A stretch of DNA of 64,000 nucleotides from Acidimicrobiales bacterium. GTDB lineage: Bacteria; Actinomycetota; Acidimicrobiia; Acidimicrobiales; SZUA-35. The notes beneath the pieces are model-generated. The model saw nothing but the letters and a program-made list of their open reading frames with translations. It did no database searches and was not told the origin of the DNA. The stretch lies in contig CBDCGK010000004.1 of the NCBI GenBank assembly GCA_965216675.1, positions 5,071,650-5,135,649 of the forward strand. The letters run 5' to 3'. Position numbers and translations under genes: made by a program. Every line of letters begins with the position of its first letter. Positions within the stretch are counted from its first letter, which is position 1. Below, one piece after another: positions 47,981-56,315 of the stretch.

Positions 47981-49245
47981 GGTGGGCCTCCAGTGATGGT
48001 GAACGACAGTGACGCGCCCGAGGTCATGCCGGTCGCCGTGATCTCCCACACGGTGCCGGCCTGGTCGGGATCGCAGGTCCAGCGCACCGGCAGGTTGCCC
48101 TCGCTGTCGGCGCGACCCTGCCGTATGGCCTCGGCCTGCGGCGACTCGAAGTCGACCGCCTCCCGCGGAACGAACCGTTGGAGCACGGCTACCTGGCGGG
48201 TGGTGCCGTCGCACACGAACGGCACCTCGATCACCTGAATCGTCACCGGGCTCTCCAGCGTGGTCGAGCCGAACGAGAACGTTGCCGACCGGCGAGCGGG
48301 CGTCGCCTCGGTAACCGTGAGCTCCCAGGTCGTTCCCTCGTCGCGGCGATCGCACTGCCAGAACAGCCTGGCCGAACCGCCGGCGTCGGCCTCAGCGGGC
48401 CGCAACGAATCGCCCTGGGGCGATGCAGCCAGCTCGAGTGTGGCGTTCGGGGTGAGGTTCGCCACTCGGGCCAACAGCCGCCGCCCCCGATCGCACACGA
48501 ACGGGTTCTCGACGATCTCGACGACGATGTCGCCGGCATCGGCGGGCTGAGGCGCCTGCCCGGTGAACGAGAACTCGACGGTTCGGTGTGACGATCTGCC
48601 GGTGGCGGTGAGCCGCCACCCGGACCCATCCTGATCGGGTGAGCAGGTCCACTTGACCTCGACCTCGCCGCCGGCACCGGCCAGGGTCGGCGAGATCGAG
48701 CGGGCGTCGGGGGAGTCGAAGTCGATCGCCTCGTGGGGTTCGGCATTGGACAGACGGCCTACGGTCTGGGTGGAGTTGTCACACAGCACCCCGCCCTTAC
48801 CGGTGAGCGGTTCGTAGAGGAGGATCCGATCGAGCCGGGGGTCACGGTCGGTTCCGGAGATGTTGAAGGTGCGGGTCCGTCCCGAGTCGCCACCGGTGGC
48901 GGTGATCTCCCAAGTCAGCTCGGACTCGAGCTCGTCGCAGGCCCACTGGAGCTCGAACGCGCCGGATTGGTCGGCGATGCCATCGGCGATCTCTACGGGC
49001 ATCGGCGAGGTGAACTCGATTGTCTCGCCCGCCTCCGCACCCGCGATGGTGGCGGCCGCTCGGCGGTTTCCGTCGCAGTACACACCGTCTTCGACCGGGG
49101 TCACGAGGAGTTGCTCATCGTCGCGCGTGGCGCGATCGCTGGAGACCGGCGGACTGCAGGACGCCACCATCAGGCCGGCAACGAGTGCGATGGCGCGCGC
49201 GCTCGGTCGAGTGAGCACTTTCAACAACTCGGGCACACCCATCAT
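47977..49245 (-). CDS. Lipoprotein composed of four tandem ~95-aa two-cysteine repeats (unrecognised domain)
   Basis: From ATG 49245 the signal reads MMGVPELLKVLTRPSARAIALVAGLMVASC, with a VASC lipobox. Four repeats follow, each with a Cys pair 46-47 residues apart and ending W(E/R)(I/L)T(A/V)T. The start overlaps the upstream stop in ATGA. Confidence 0.7.
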   Translation of the reverse strand: MMGVPELLKVLTRPSARAIALVAGLMVASCSPPVSSDRATRDDEQLLVTPVEDGVYCDGNRRAAATIAGAEAGETIEFTSPMPVEIADGIADQSGAFELQWACDELESELTWEITATGGDSGRTRTFNISGTDRDPRLDRILLYEPLTGKGGVLCDNSTQTVGRLSNAEPHEAIDFDSPDARSISPTLAGAGGEVEVKWTCSPDQDGSGWRLTATGRSSHRTVEFSFTGQAPQPADAGDIVVEIVENPFVCDRGRRLLARVANLTPNATLELAASPQGDSLRPAEADAGGSARLFWQCDRRDEGTTWELTVTEATPARRSATFSFGSTTLESPVTIQVIEVPFVCDGTTRQVAVLQRFVPREAVDFESPQAEAIRQGRADSEGNLPVRWTCDPDQAGTVWEITATGMTSGASLSFTITGGPP

Positions 49246-50300
49246 GTGACGAAGTCCCACTGGACCCCGGTGACGTCGTTTGTCGTGAGATCACCGACCC
49301 TGACATACCACCGGATCTGACCGGCGTCGCCCCACATCCCGAACGTGTCGACTCCGGGACTCACGCTCAGCTCGAGGAGTGACGTCCACCCCTCGATCTC
49401 ACCGAGTTCGGTATCGGAGGAGGTTCTCGCCGCGGCGGATGGATCATACTGGAACCCGCCGGACCAGCCGCCAAGCTGCTCGTTGGTTGCCATCTCGCCC
49501 GGGTAGGCCGCATAGGCGTCACGATCATGGGCGTTCCACTTTCTGAGAGGATCGGTGTCAGCGCTGGGAAGGCTCAGGAAGGGTCGGTAGTCGAGGTTGA
49601 GCGTGAACTCGCCCCAGGCCGCCGTCCCGTCGGTCCGGTGAACAAAGTCGGACGTGTCCTCGAACCAGAGGACGGTTGCACCACCTCCGCCGCCATTGAA
49701 AACACCATCGCCTCGTAACGGGAGGTAGAACTGGAGGAGCCCATGCGCCGGTACCGCGGTGAGCGCCTCGTCATCCAGGGCATCGAGATCGATCTGGGCG
49801 ACAAGGCTGAGTGGTGCGCCGTCGTCGCTCGGCCAAGGGTATTCGGCCGGCAGCCATGGATAACCGCCGACATAAGTGCGCCCGCCAAAGGAGCCGTCGG
49901 ATCTGGAATCCCGGGGGACAAGTGCCACGGCTGGGCGGGCCAGCGACCGCGCTTCGGCGATACGTTCCGGATCGAGATCGGTTTCCGCCAACCGATCTCC
50001 TACCTCATCGACGGTGCGCGGCAATACGTGGCCCTGACTTGCCGCTCGGAGTGTGTCAAGCGGGTCGACGAGGCCCGGTTGGGGGAAGAGACAAAACCCC
50101 GATTCGTCTCGTTCACAAGCCGCTCTCATGTCGCGCTTGATCTCGTCGGTAACCATGCCCGAGACCTGGTTCTCCGAGACCTGATCGGAGGCCGGGCCAT
50201 CGCCGACCAGGATCAACAACGCGAAGATGACCGAGAGCGCCATTCCGATACCAACGCCCCCTGCGACCGCGCGCCCGGCGGTCACCTGTCGGTCCTGCAT
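49242..50300 (-). CDS. Membrane-anchored DUF1963 (YwqG-like) domain protein
   Basis: From ATG 50300 the protein reads MQDRQVTAGRAVAGGVGIGMALSVIFALLILVG (one TM helix). The C-terminal domain GGYPWLPAEYPWP...LSLVAQIDL...HGLLQFYLP...GMWGDAGQIRWYV matches the DUF1963 pattern from memory. Confidence 0.6.
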   Translation of the reverse strand: MQDRQVTAGRAVAGGVGIGMALSVIFALLILVGDGPASDQVSENQVSGMVTDEIKRDMRAACERDESGFCLFPQPGLVDPLDTLRAASQGHVLPRTVDEVGDRLAETDLDPERIAEARSLARPAVALVPRDSRSDGSFGGRTYVGGYPWLPAEYPWPSDDGAPLSLVAQIDLDALDDEALTAVPAHGLLQFYLPLRGDGVFNGGGGGATVLWFEDTSDFVHRTDGTAAWGEFTLNLDYRPFLSLPSADTDPLRKWNAHDRDAYAAYPGEMATNEQLGGWSGGFQYDPSAAARTSSDTELGEIEGWTSLLELSVSPGVDTFGMWGDAGQIRWYVRVGDLTTNDVTGVQWDFVT

Positions 50301-50426
50301 GACCGAGTCGCCCGGCGGTCCTGTCCGACCGATGCCATCGACCCACGTTACCGGTTGCGATCCGACCAACGCCGGCGGGCCGCCGTTCCGTCCACCGGGC
50401 CCCATCCGGATCTATGATGGCCGCTG

Positions 50427-51599
50427 ATGGGTCCGTCCGCCGCCGATCCCACAAGAGAGCTTGCTCGCCTCGCGCCGTCGCCACCGGCGGGCCGTTTGCG
50501 CGTGGCGCTCGATGCGACGCCGTTGATGAACCGCCGAACCGGGGTCGGCGTGATGACGGCGGCCCTCTTCGACCACCTGAGGAAGTCTGAGGCTACGGAT
50601 CTCCACGGCTACGTCGTGAGCTGGCGGGCTCGGCAACGGTACTTGCAGGCGACGCCCGACGGCGCGACGCCGCTGCGGCTGCGGTGGCCCGCCCGACTGT
50701 GCCATCGACTGTGGCAGCGATCCGACCTCCCCCGCCTTCCCGGCGATTGGGACATCGTGCACGGAACGAACTACGTCGTTCCGCCCAGTCGTTCCGGCGC
50801 CAGGCTCGTCACCGTGCACGACCTCACCGCCTGGAGGTTCCCCCAGCTCGTCGATCGACACAGCCGGGCCTATCCGACACTGCTGCGTCGAGCCGTCGAC
50901 AGCGGGGCCGAGATCCATTGCGTTTCCTCGGCCATCGCCCGGGAGGTCGTCGAGGAACTGGCTGTCGATGCCGCCATCGTCCACGTGGTACCGAACGGGT
51001 TCGACCGACGCCGGCCAGGAAACGCCGCATCGGCCCGGACGCGGATCGGAGCGCCCTACGTGCTCGCCATCGGTACCATCGAACCCCGCAAGGACTACGT
51101 CGGACTCGTGCAGGCGATGAGTGCGGTGTGGGCGGACCATCCGGACGTGAAACTGGTCATCGTCGGCGGTGACGGCTGGGGAGTCGACGAGTTCGACGCG
51201 GCGTCGAGAACCGCCGGGGCCGGCGATCGAATCGTTCGCCTCGGCTACGTGTCCGACGCCGACAAGGCCGATCTGATCGCCGGGGCCGAGCTGCTGGCCT
51301 ACCCGTCGGTGTATGAGGGGTTCGGTCTGCCCGTGCTCGAAGCGATGGACGCCGGTCTTCCGGTCGTGGCCACCGCGGTCGAAGCCGTGGTTGAGGTCGC
51401 GGGCGACGCTGCGATGCTCGTGCCGCCCAACGAACCCGACCAGCTGGCCGCTGCGATAGCCACGTTGCTGACCGACAGCGACGCACGCGGCAGGTTGATC
51501 GACGCCGGTCGCGAACGAGCGGCTCGCTTCTCGTGGGAGCGAACCGCCGAACAGCTGCTCGAGCTGTATCTCGACCTTGCGGTTCGAGGTCACCGCTGA
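50427..51599 (+). CDS. Glycosyltransferase, GT4 family
   Basis: Motifs RVALDATPLMNRRTGVG and PSVYEGFGLPVLEAMDAGLPVVAT. ATG 50427 lies 8 nt after TATGAT (50413-50418). TTG 50496 is an alternative start. Confidence 0.8.
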   Translation: MGPSAADPTRELARLAPSPPAGRLRVALDATPLMNRRTGVGVMTAALFDHLRKSEATDLHGYVVSWRARQRYLQATPDGATPLRLRWPARLCHRLWQRSDLPRLPGDWDIVHGTNYVVPPSRSGARLVTVHDLTAWRFPQLVDRHSRAYPTLLRRAVDSGAEIHCVSSAIAREVVEELAVDAAIVHVVPNGFDRRRPGNAASARTRIGAPYVLAIGTIEPRKDYVGLVQAMSAVWADHPDVKLVIVGGDGWGVDEFDAASRTAGAGDRIVRLGYVSDADKADLIAGAELLAYPSVYEGFGLPVLEAMDAGLPVVATAVEAVVEVAGDAAMLVPPNEPDQLAAAIATLLTDSDARGRLIDAGRERAARFSWERTAEQLLELYLDLAVRGHR

Positions 51600-51714
51600 T
51601 CGCATCCATGACAGAACGCCCGGTGGCGGCCGATAGGGTTCTTACGAATCCAAGGGCCCGATACCTCCGAAGGGCGAGCACGAACCCATGAGCAACCGAG
51701 ACTCCAATCCCCGG

Positions 51715-53088
51715 ATGGCCAAGCGCATCGTCATCATCGGCGGCGGGCCGGCCGGCACCAACTGTGCCACCCACGCCGCCCGCCTCGGCGCGACGGTCAC
51801 CTTGATCGAGTCCGACATCGTCGGCGGAGCGGCCCATCTCCTCGACTGCATTCCCTCAAAGGCCATGATCGCCACCGGCGGGGCCATGTCGATGATGCGC
51901 CGGGCCACCGAGATGGGCCTGGCCAAGGTCGACGTGGAGCTCGACTTCGAGTCTCTGCGTACTCGCATCACCGACATCGAAGCTCGGTTGGAGTCGACGG
52001 TCACCAGCCTGCTGGCCAGCCAGGGAGTCCGCCTCATCGAAGGCCGGGGCAGCCTGCTCTCACCCCACGAGGTGAAGGTCACCACGGCCGACGGCGAGGA
52101 GGTCATCGAGGCCGACGTGATCGTGTTGTCGACCGGATCCCGTCCTCGTATCCCGAACTGGGCGCCCGTCGACGGTGTGCGGGTCCTCACTACCCGCGAT
52201 GCGTACCCGCCACCTGAGCTGCCGTCGCATCTGATCGTCGTCGGATCGGGCGTCACCGGCGTGGAGTTCGTCCACATGTTCAACTCGTTCGGATCCCAGG
52301 TCACGCTCATCGTGTCCCGCCAACAGGTGCTACCCGACAAGGACCCCGAGGTCGCCTCGGTGCTGGAGAAGAGCTTCCTCGAACGTGGTGTTCGCCTCTA
52401 CAAGGGGGCCAGGGCCGAGGCCATCGAAGTCGACGACAGCGCCGTCGACGGCGATCAGGTCAAGGTCGTGTGCGACGACGGCCGTATCGCCACCGGCTCC
52501 CACGTGCTCCTCGCCATCGGGTCGATCCCGAACTCCGATGGCCTCGGGCTGGAGAACGCCGGCATCGAGAGCGACGGCGGCTACGTGGTCGTCGATCACA
52601 ATTGCAAATCGTCCGTCGGCCACATCTACGCCGCCGGCGACCTGTCGGGCAAGCTGCCGTTGTCGTCGGTGGCCTCCATGCAGGGCCGCAAGATCGCCGA
52701 GCATGCCATGGGCCTGCACGCCGCACCCCACCGCCACCTCGACTACGACAAGGCCGCGTCGGCCATCTTCACCGACCCCGAGATCGCCGATGTGGGCCTG
52801 GCCGAGGCCGACGCGTTCGCCGAGGGCCGCAAGATCAGGGTCACCAAGGTGCCGTTCTCGGTGTCGGCCAAGGCACTGATCAACAACGACCCGCGTGGGT
52901 TCGTCAAGATCGTGTCGGACCCGGCCACCGGTGTCGTGTTGGGCGGCTCGATCGTCGGTCGCCACGCCGCCGAGCTGATCTCGGTGCTGGCGCTGGCCGT
53001 GACCGCCGGTTTGACGGTGACCGACCTGGTGGAATCATTGTTCGTGCACCCGGCGCTGGCCGAGGTGTTGGGCGAGGCGGCCGAGTAG
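51715..53088 (+). CDS. LpdA-like flavoprotein (pyridine nucleotide-disulfide oxidoreductase lacking one redox cysteine)
   Basis: MAKRIVIIGGGPAGTN. GGAAHLLDCIPSK replaces the canonical GGTCLNVGCIPSK, so only one Cys is retained. The C-terminal HPALAE is kept. Confidence 0.85.
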   Translation: MAKRIVIIGGGPAGTNCATHAARLGATVTLIESDIVGGAAHLLDCIPSKAMIATGGAMSMMRRATEMGLAKVDVELDFESLRTRITDIEARLESTVTSLLASQGVRLIEGRGSLLSPHEVKVTTADGEEVIEADVIVLSTGSRPRIPNWAPVDGVRVLTTRDAYPPPELPSHLIVVGSGVTGVEFVHMFNSFGSQVTLIVSRQQVLPDKDPEVASVLEKSFLERGVRLYKGARAEAIEVDDSAVDGDQVKVVCDDGRIATGSHVLLAIGSIPNSDGLGLENAGIESDGGYVVVDHNCKSSVGHIYAAGDLSGKLPLSSVASMQGRKIAEHAMGLHAAPHRHLDYDKAASAIFTDPEIADVGLAEADAFAEGRKIRVTKVPFSVSAKALINNDPRGFVKIVSDPATGVVLGGSIVGRHAAELISVLALAVTAGLTVTDLVESLFVHPALAEVLGEAAE

Positions 53089-53130
53089 GTCGACCGTACG
53101 TCGTCTATTTGGAACCGAACGGGGGAGTAC

Positions 53131-54819
53131 GTGACAACGAGTCTGTTACTGGCGGCCGAGGAGGGTGAGGAACTCAGCGAGTTCATCGCCCAGGAGTCGG
53201 CGGTGGTGGTGCTGTTGGCCATCGCCGCGCTGGTGGCGGTGGTGGCCAAGCGGCTCCAATTCCCGTTCACGGTGGCCCTCGTGGTCGTCGGACTGTTCGC
53301 CTCGGTACTCGGGGAGTTGGTGGCGGTCGACATCTCGCCCGACGTCATCCTCTTCCTCCTCGTGCCGCCCCTGCTGTTCGAAGCAACGCTGCAGTTGCCG
53401 TGGCCGAAGCTGCGGGCCGACCTGGTTCCAATCCTACTGTTCGCACTGGTCGGCACCGCCGTGGGCACGATGGCCATCGGGGCGCTCGTCCACTGGACCG
53501 TTTCGGTGCCGTGGACCGCGGCGTTCGCGTTCGGGGCGCTCATCTCGGCCACCGATCCGGTGGCGGTCATCGCGCTGTTCAAGTCGCTCGGTGCCCCGAA
53601 ACGGCTGTCGATCCTGGTCGAGGGTGAATCGTTGTTCAACGACGCGGTTGCAGTGGTCGCTTTCGGGCTGGCCGTCACCGCGGCCGCCGGCGACGAACCG
53701 TTCACCCTGGCCAACGCGGTCACCGACTTCTTCGTCGTCTCCGCCGGCGGGCTCGGCATCGGGCTCGCCCTCGGCTATCTCGTCAGCTCGGTCTTCCTGT
53801 CGCGGGTCGACGACCCCCTCATCGAGACCTCGACCACCTTGGCCCTGGCCTACGGATCGTTCCTGCTGGCCGAGGAGTTCGGCATCATCGTCGGCCGGGA
53901 CCTCCACTTCTCCGGCATCCTGGCCGTCGTCACCGCCGGCCTGATGGTCGGCAACGTCGGCATGCACAACACGTCGCCCTCGACCCGGCTCACCCTCGAA
54001 CACTTCTGGGAGCTGCTGACGTTCCTCGTCAACTCGATGGTGTTCCTGGTCATCGGTCTGGCCATCAGCCTGGACGACCTCGCCGAACACTTCCTGGCCT
54101 TCGTCGTGGCCATCATCGGCGTGCTCGTGCTCCGGGTGATCCTGATCCACGGTCTCGCCGTGGTGTCGGCGTGGGCCCAGCCCAACCGGACGGTGCCGAG
54201 GGCCTACCGTCACGTCATGGTCTGGGCCGGCCTGCGGGGGGCCATCTCCCTGGCCCTGGTGCTCACACTCGACAACACGGTGTTCGCCCAGGACACCGTC
54301 GACACCCTGCAGGTCATGACCTACGGTGTGGTGCTGTTCACCCTGCTCATTCAGGGCACCACCATCTCCCGGCTGATGGACCGGCTCGGACTGTCCAACA
54401 AGATCGACACCGAGCTGACCCAGCAACGGCACCAGGCCCGCATCTACATGGCCCGGGCCGGCCAGTCGGAGATGGCCCGCCTCGGAGCCGACGGGGTGCT
54501 GTTCAACGACATGGCCACCTCACTGGGCCGCACCTACCAGCGTGACATCAACGACCACATGGGCCGCCTGCGCCGTCACATCGCCGGCCATCCCGAACTG
54601 GAGGTGGCAATGCTGCTCCAGGCCCGCCGCGATGCCCTGGTGGTCGAACGCTCGGCCCTCAACGAGATCGTGTTCACCGGTCTCATCGATCCGCTGGTGG
54701 CCCACGACCTCACGGTCGAGCTCGACAACCGCATGGCCGCTCTCGATCTGCTGCAGGAGCGGTGGGAATCGGACCCACTGCCAACCTTCGAGATGGGGGA
54801 GGAGCAGGTCAATGGCTGA
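53131..54819 (+). CDS. Na+/H+ (cation:proton) antiporter, CPA1/NhaP type, with a cytoplasmic C-terminal domain
   Basis: GTG start after a GGGGGAG RBS. About 11-12 TM helices, with FGALISATDPVAV and ESLFNDAVAVV motifs. Confidence 0.85.
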   Translation: MTTSLLLAAEEGEELSEFIAQESAVVVLLAIAALVAVVAKRLQFPFTVALVVVGLFASVLGELVAVDISPDVILFLLVPPLLFEATLQLPWPKLRADLVPILLFALVGTAVGTMAIGALVHWTVSVPWTAAFAFGALISATDPVAVIALFKSLGAPKRLSILVEGESLFNDAVAVVAFGLAVTAAAGDEPFTLANAVTDFFVVSAGGLGIGLALGYLVSSVFLSRVDDPLIETSTTLALAYGSFLLAEEFGIIVGRDLHFSGILAVVTAGLMVGNVGMHNTSPSTRLTLEHFWELLTFLVNSMVFLVIGLAISLDDLAEHFLAFVVAIIGVLVLRVILIHGLAVVSAWAQPNRTVPRAYRHVMVWAGLRGAISLALVLTLDNTVFAQDTVDTLQVMTYGVVLFTLLIQGTTISRLMDRLGLSNKIDTELTQQRHQARIYMARAGQSEMARLGADGVLFNDMATSLGRTYQRDINDHMGRLRRHIAGHPELEVAMLLQARRDALVVERSALNEIVFTGLIDPLVAHDLTVELDNRMAALDLLQERWESDPLPTFEMGEEQVNG

Positions 54820-55258
54820 AGAACTGGTTTATGTGTCGTGGGGCGGTACCGGCCGGGGGGCCACCCTGCGGGCCGCCATGGAACAGGCGTCGGCCGCCGG
54901 AAAGGGTCTCCTGTACCTCGCGGTGCTCGACGACGACAGCTTCGCCGATCTCGACGACACGTTTCTGGCCATCGTGAAAGACGAGCTCGAATGGTTGCTC
55001 GACGCCCAGCTGGAGGTGACCAAGACCGAGCTGGGTGCCGAGGAGGTCCCGGTCCGGATCCTGATCCGCGGTGGCGACGTCGCGGATCAGGTGGCCGATG
55101 TGGTCGACACGCTCGGCGACACCGAGGTGATCGTCGGTGCGCCGGTACCGTTGGCCGGCCACCAGTCGGTCGATGCCCTGCTCGACGCCCTCCGGCAGCG
55201 GATCGCCGTCCCCGTCGAACTGGTCTCGGCCGACGACGAAACCGTCTCGGGGCCCTAG
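54812..55258 (+). CDS. Universal stress protein-like (adenine nucleotide alpha-hydrolase fold) protein
   Basis: 148 aa from ATG 54812, overlapping the antiporter stop by 8 nt. The pattern LLYLAVLDD...ILIRGGDVADQVADVV...EVIVGA resembles the USP fold. Confidence 0.5.
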   Translation: MAEELVYVSWGGTGRGATLRAAMEQASAAGKGLLYLAVLDDDSFADLDDTFLAIVKDELEWLLDAQLEVTKTELGAEEVPVRILIRGGDVADQVADVVDTLGDTEVIVGAPVPLAGHQSVDALLDALRQRIAVPVELVSADDETVSGP

Positions 55259-55278
55259 CGGCGAGCGTGCGCCGGAAC

Positions 55279-55319
55279 TCTGGTCGATGCGGCGTTGTCA
55301 TGACCGGAAATCGACCAGA
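55279..55319. terminator. Hairpin between convergent genes (10-bp perfect stem, 21-nt loop)
   Basis: TCTGGTCGAT (55279-55288) pairs with ATCGACCAGA (55310-55319). There is no U-tract. It lies between the USP-like gene (+) and the APH-like gene (-). Confidence 0.4.
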
Positions 55320-55348
55320 ATTCGGGAGTCACACGGGCACGGCGCGCC

Positions 55349-56301
55349 TCACCGCGTCGCCGCACAGGCGTCGGCCGCCTCGAGCATCTGACGGCCGACC
55401 GGCTGAAGATCGATCGCGGTGGCCATCAGGCCGGTCGACACCCGCTCGATAACAGCCCATTCCCAGACGGCCTGGGGATCGAGGGCGACGTCGGCGTGCC
55501 GCGATGCCGTTGAGGTGAGGCGGTGAGCCACGTCGAACGGATCAGGCTCGGCCATGAGCTCAACCGGGTCGATAAGCTCTCCCGCAGGATCACACCGAGG
55601 TCGTATTCGGCATCGGCGATCAGACCGTCGGGATCGATCAGCTTGTGGTCGCCACCGTCGAGGGTGCGGAGCGTGTTCCACTCCTGCACGTCGCCGTGGA
55701 CCAGCACGGCGGTATCGGGATCGTGGGCGCCTCGCCGCCGGTCGGCGCAACGCAGCGCGTGTTCGACGGCGGCGGCGGAACAGGGCCGGTCGAGCTCCTC
55801 CCACGTCGCGGGGATGTAGTCGGCCAGCCAGGCCGCCTTCTCGGCGCCGGTTGGAAGGGTGACCGAGTCGGGCACCGTCCGCCAGACCCTGGCCGCCGTC
55901 GTGGCGAGGATGCGGTGGCGGTCCTCGATGGGCAGCCCGAGATCGTGGAGTGACGGTCCCAGCTGTTCGACGAGCAGGGCACCGCGGTCGAGGTCGTCCC
56001 GGTACAGGGTGGCGCAGCCGTCACCGGCGACCAGGCCGAGGACGGTCGCCTCCTCGGCCAGCGAGGACGACGGATGGGGCACGCCGAGTTTCAGCACCGC
56101 CGGACCGAACTCCTCCGATGTCACCGGAAGCACGAGGGCCTCGGTGCCACCCTCATAGCCCGTTCCGTTCGGCCGCAGGCCCCAATCGGACACCAACGAG
56201 GCGACCAGATCGTCGACGTCGTCGAGCCACCACTGCGCCCCGGCGGCCCGGGCTCTGTTGGCGACCACCTCGGGGACCGACACCCGTCCCGTCCCGGCCA
56301 T
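55349..56301 (-). pseudogene. Aminoglycoside phosphotransferase APH(6)/streptomycin kinase-like protein, frameshifted near the C-terminal third
   Basis: The N-terminal 240 aa (AVLKLGVP..., LLVEQLGPSL, VLVHGDVQEWNTL, LIDPDGLIADAEYDLGV) are in ORF 55426..56301. The conserved C-terminus (ELIDPVELMAE...AVWEWAVIERVSTGL) is in ORF 55349..55804. The junction is at about 55575-55600. Confidence 0.7.
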
Positions 56302-56315
56302 GACAGACCGAGGTC

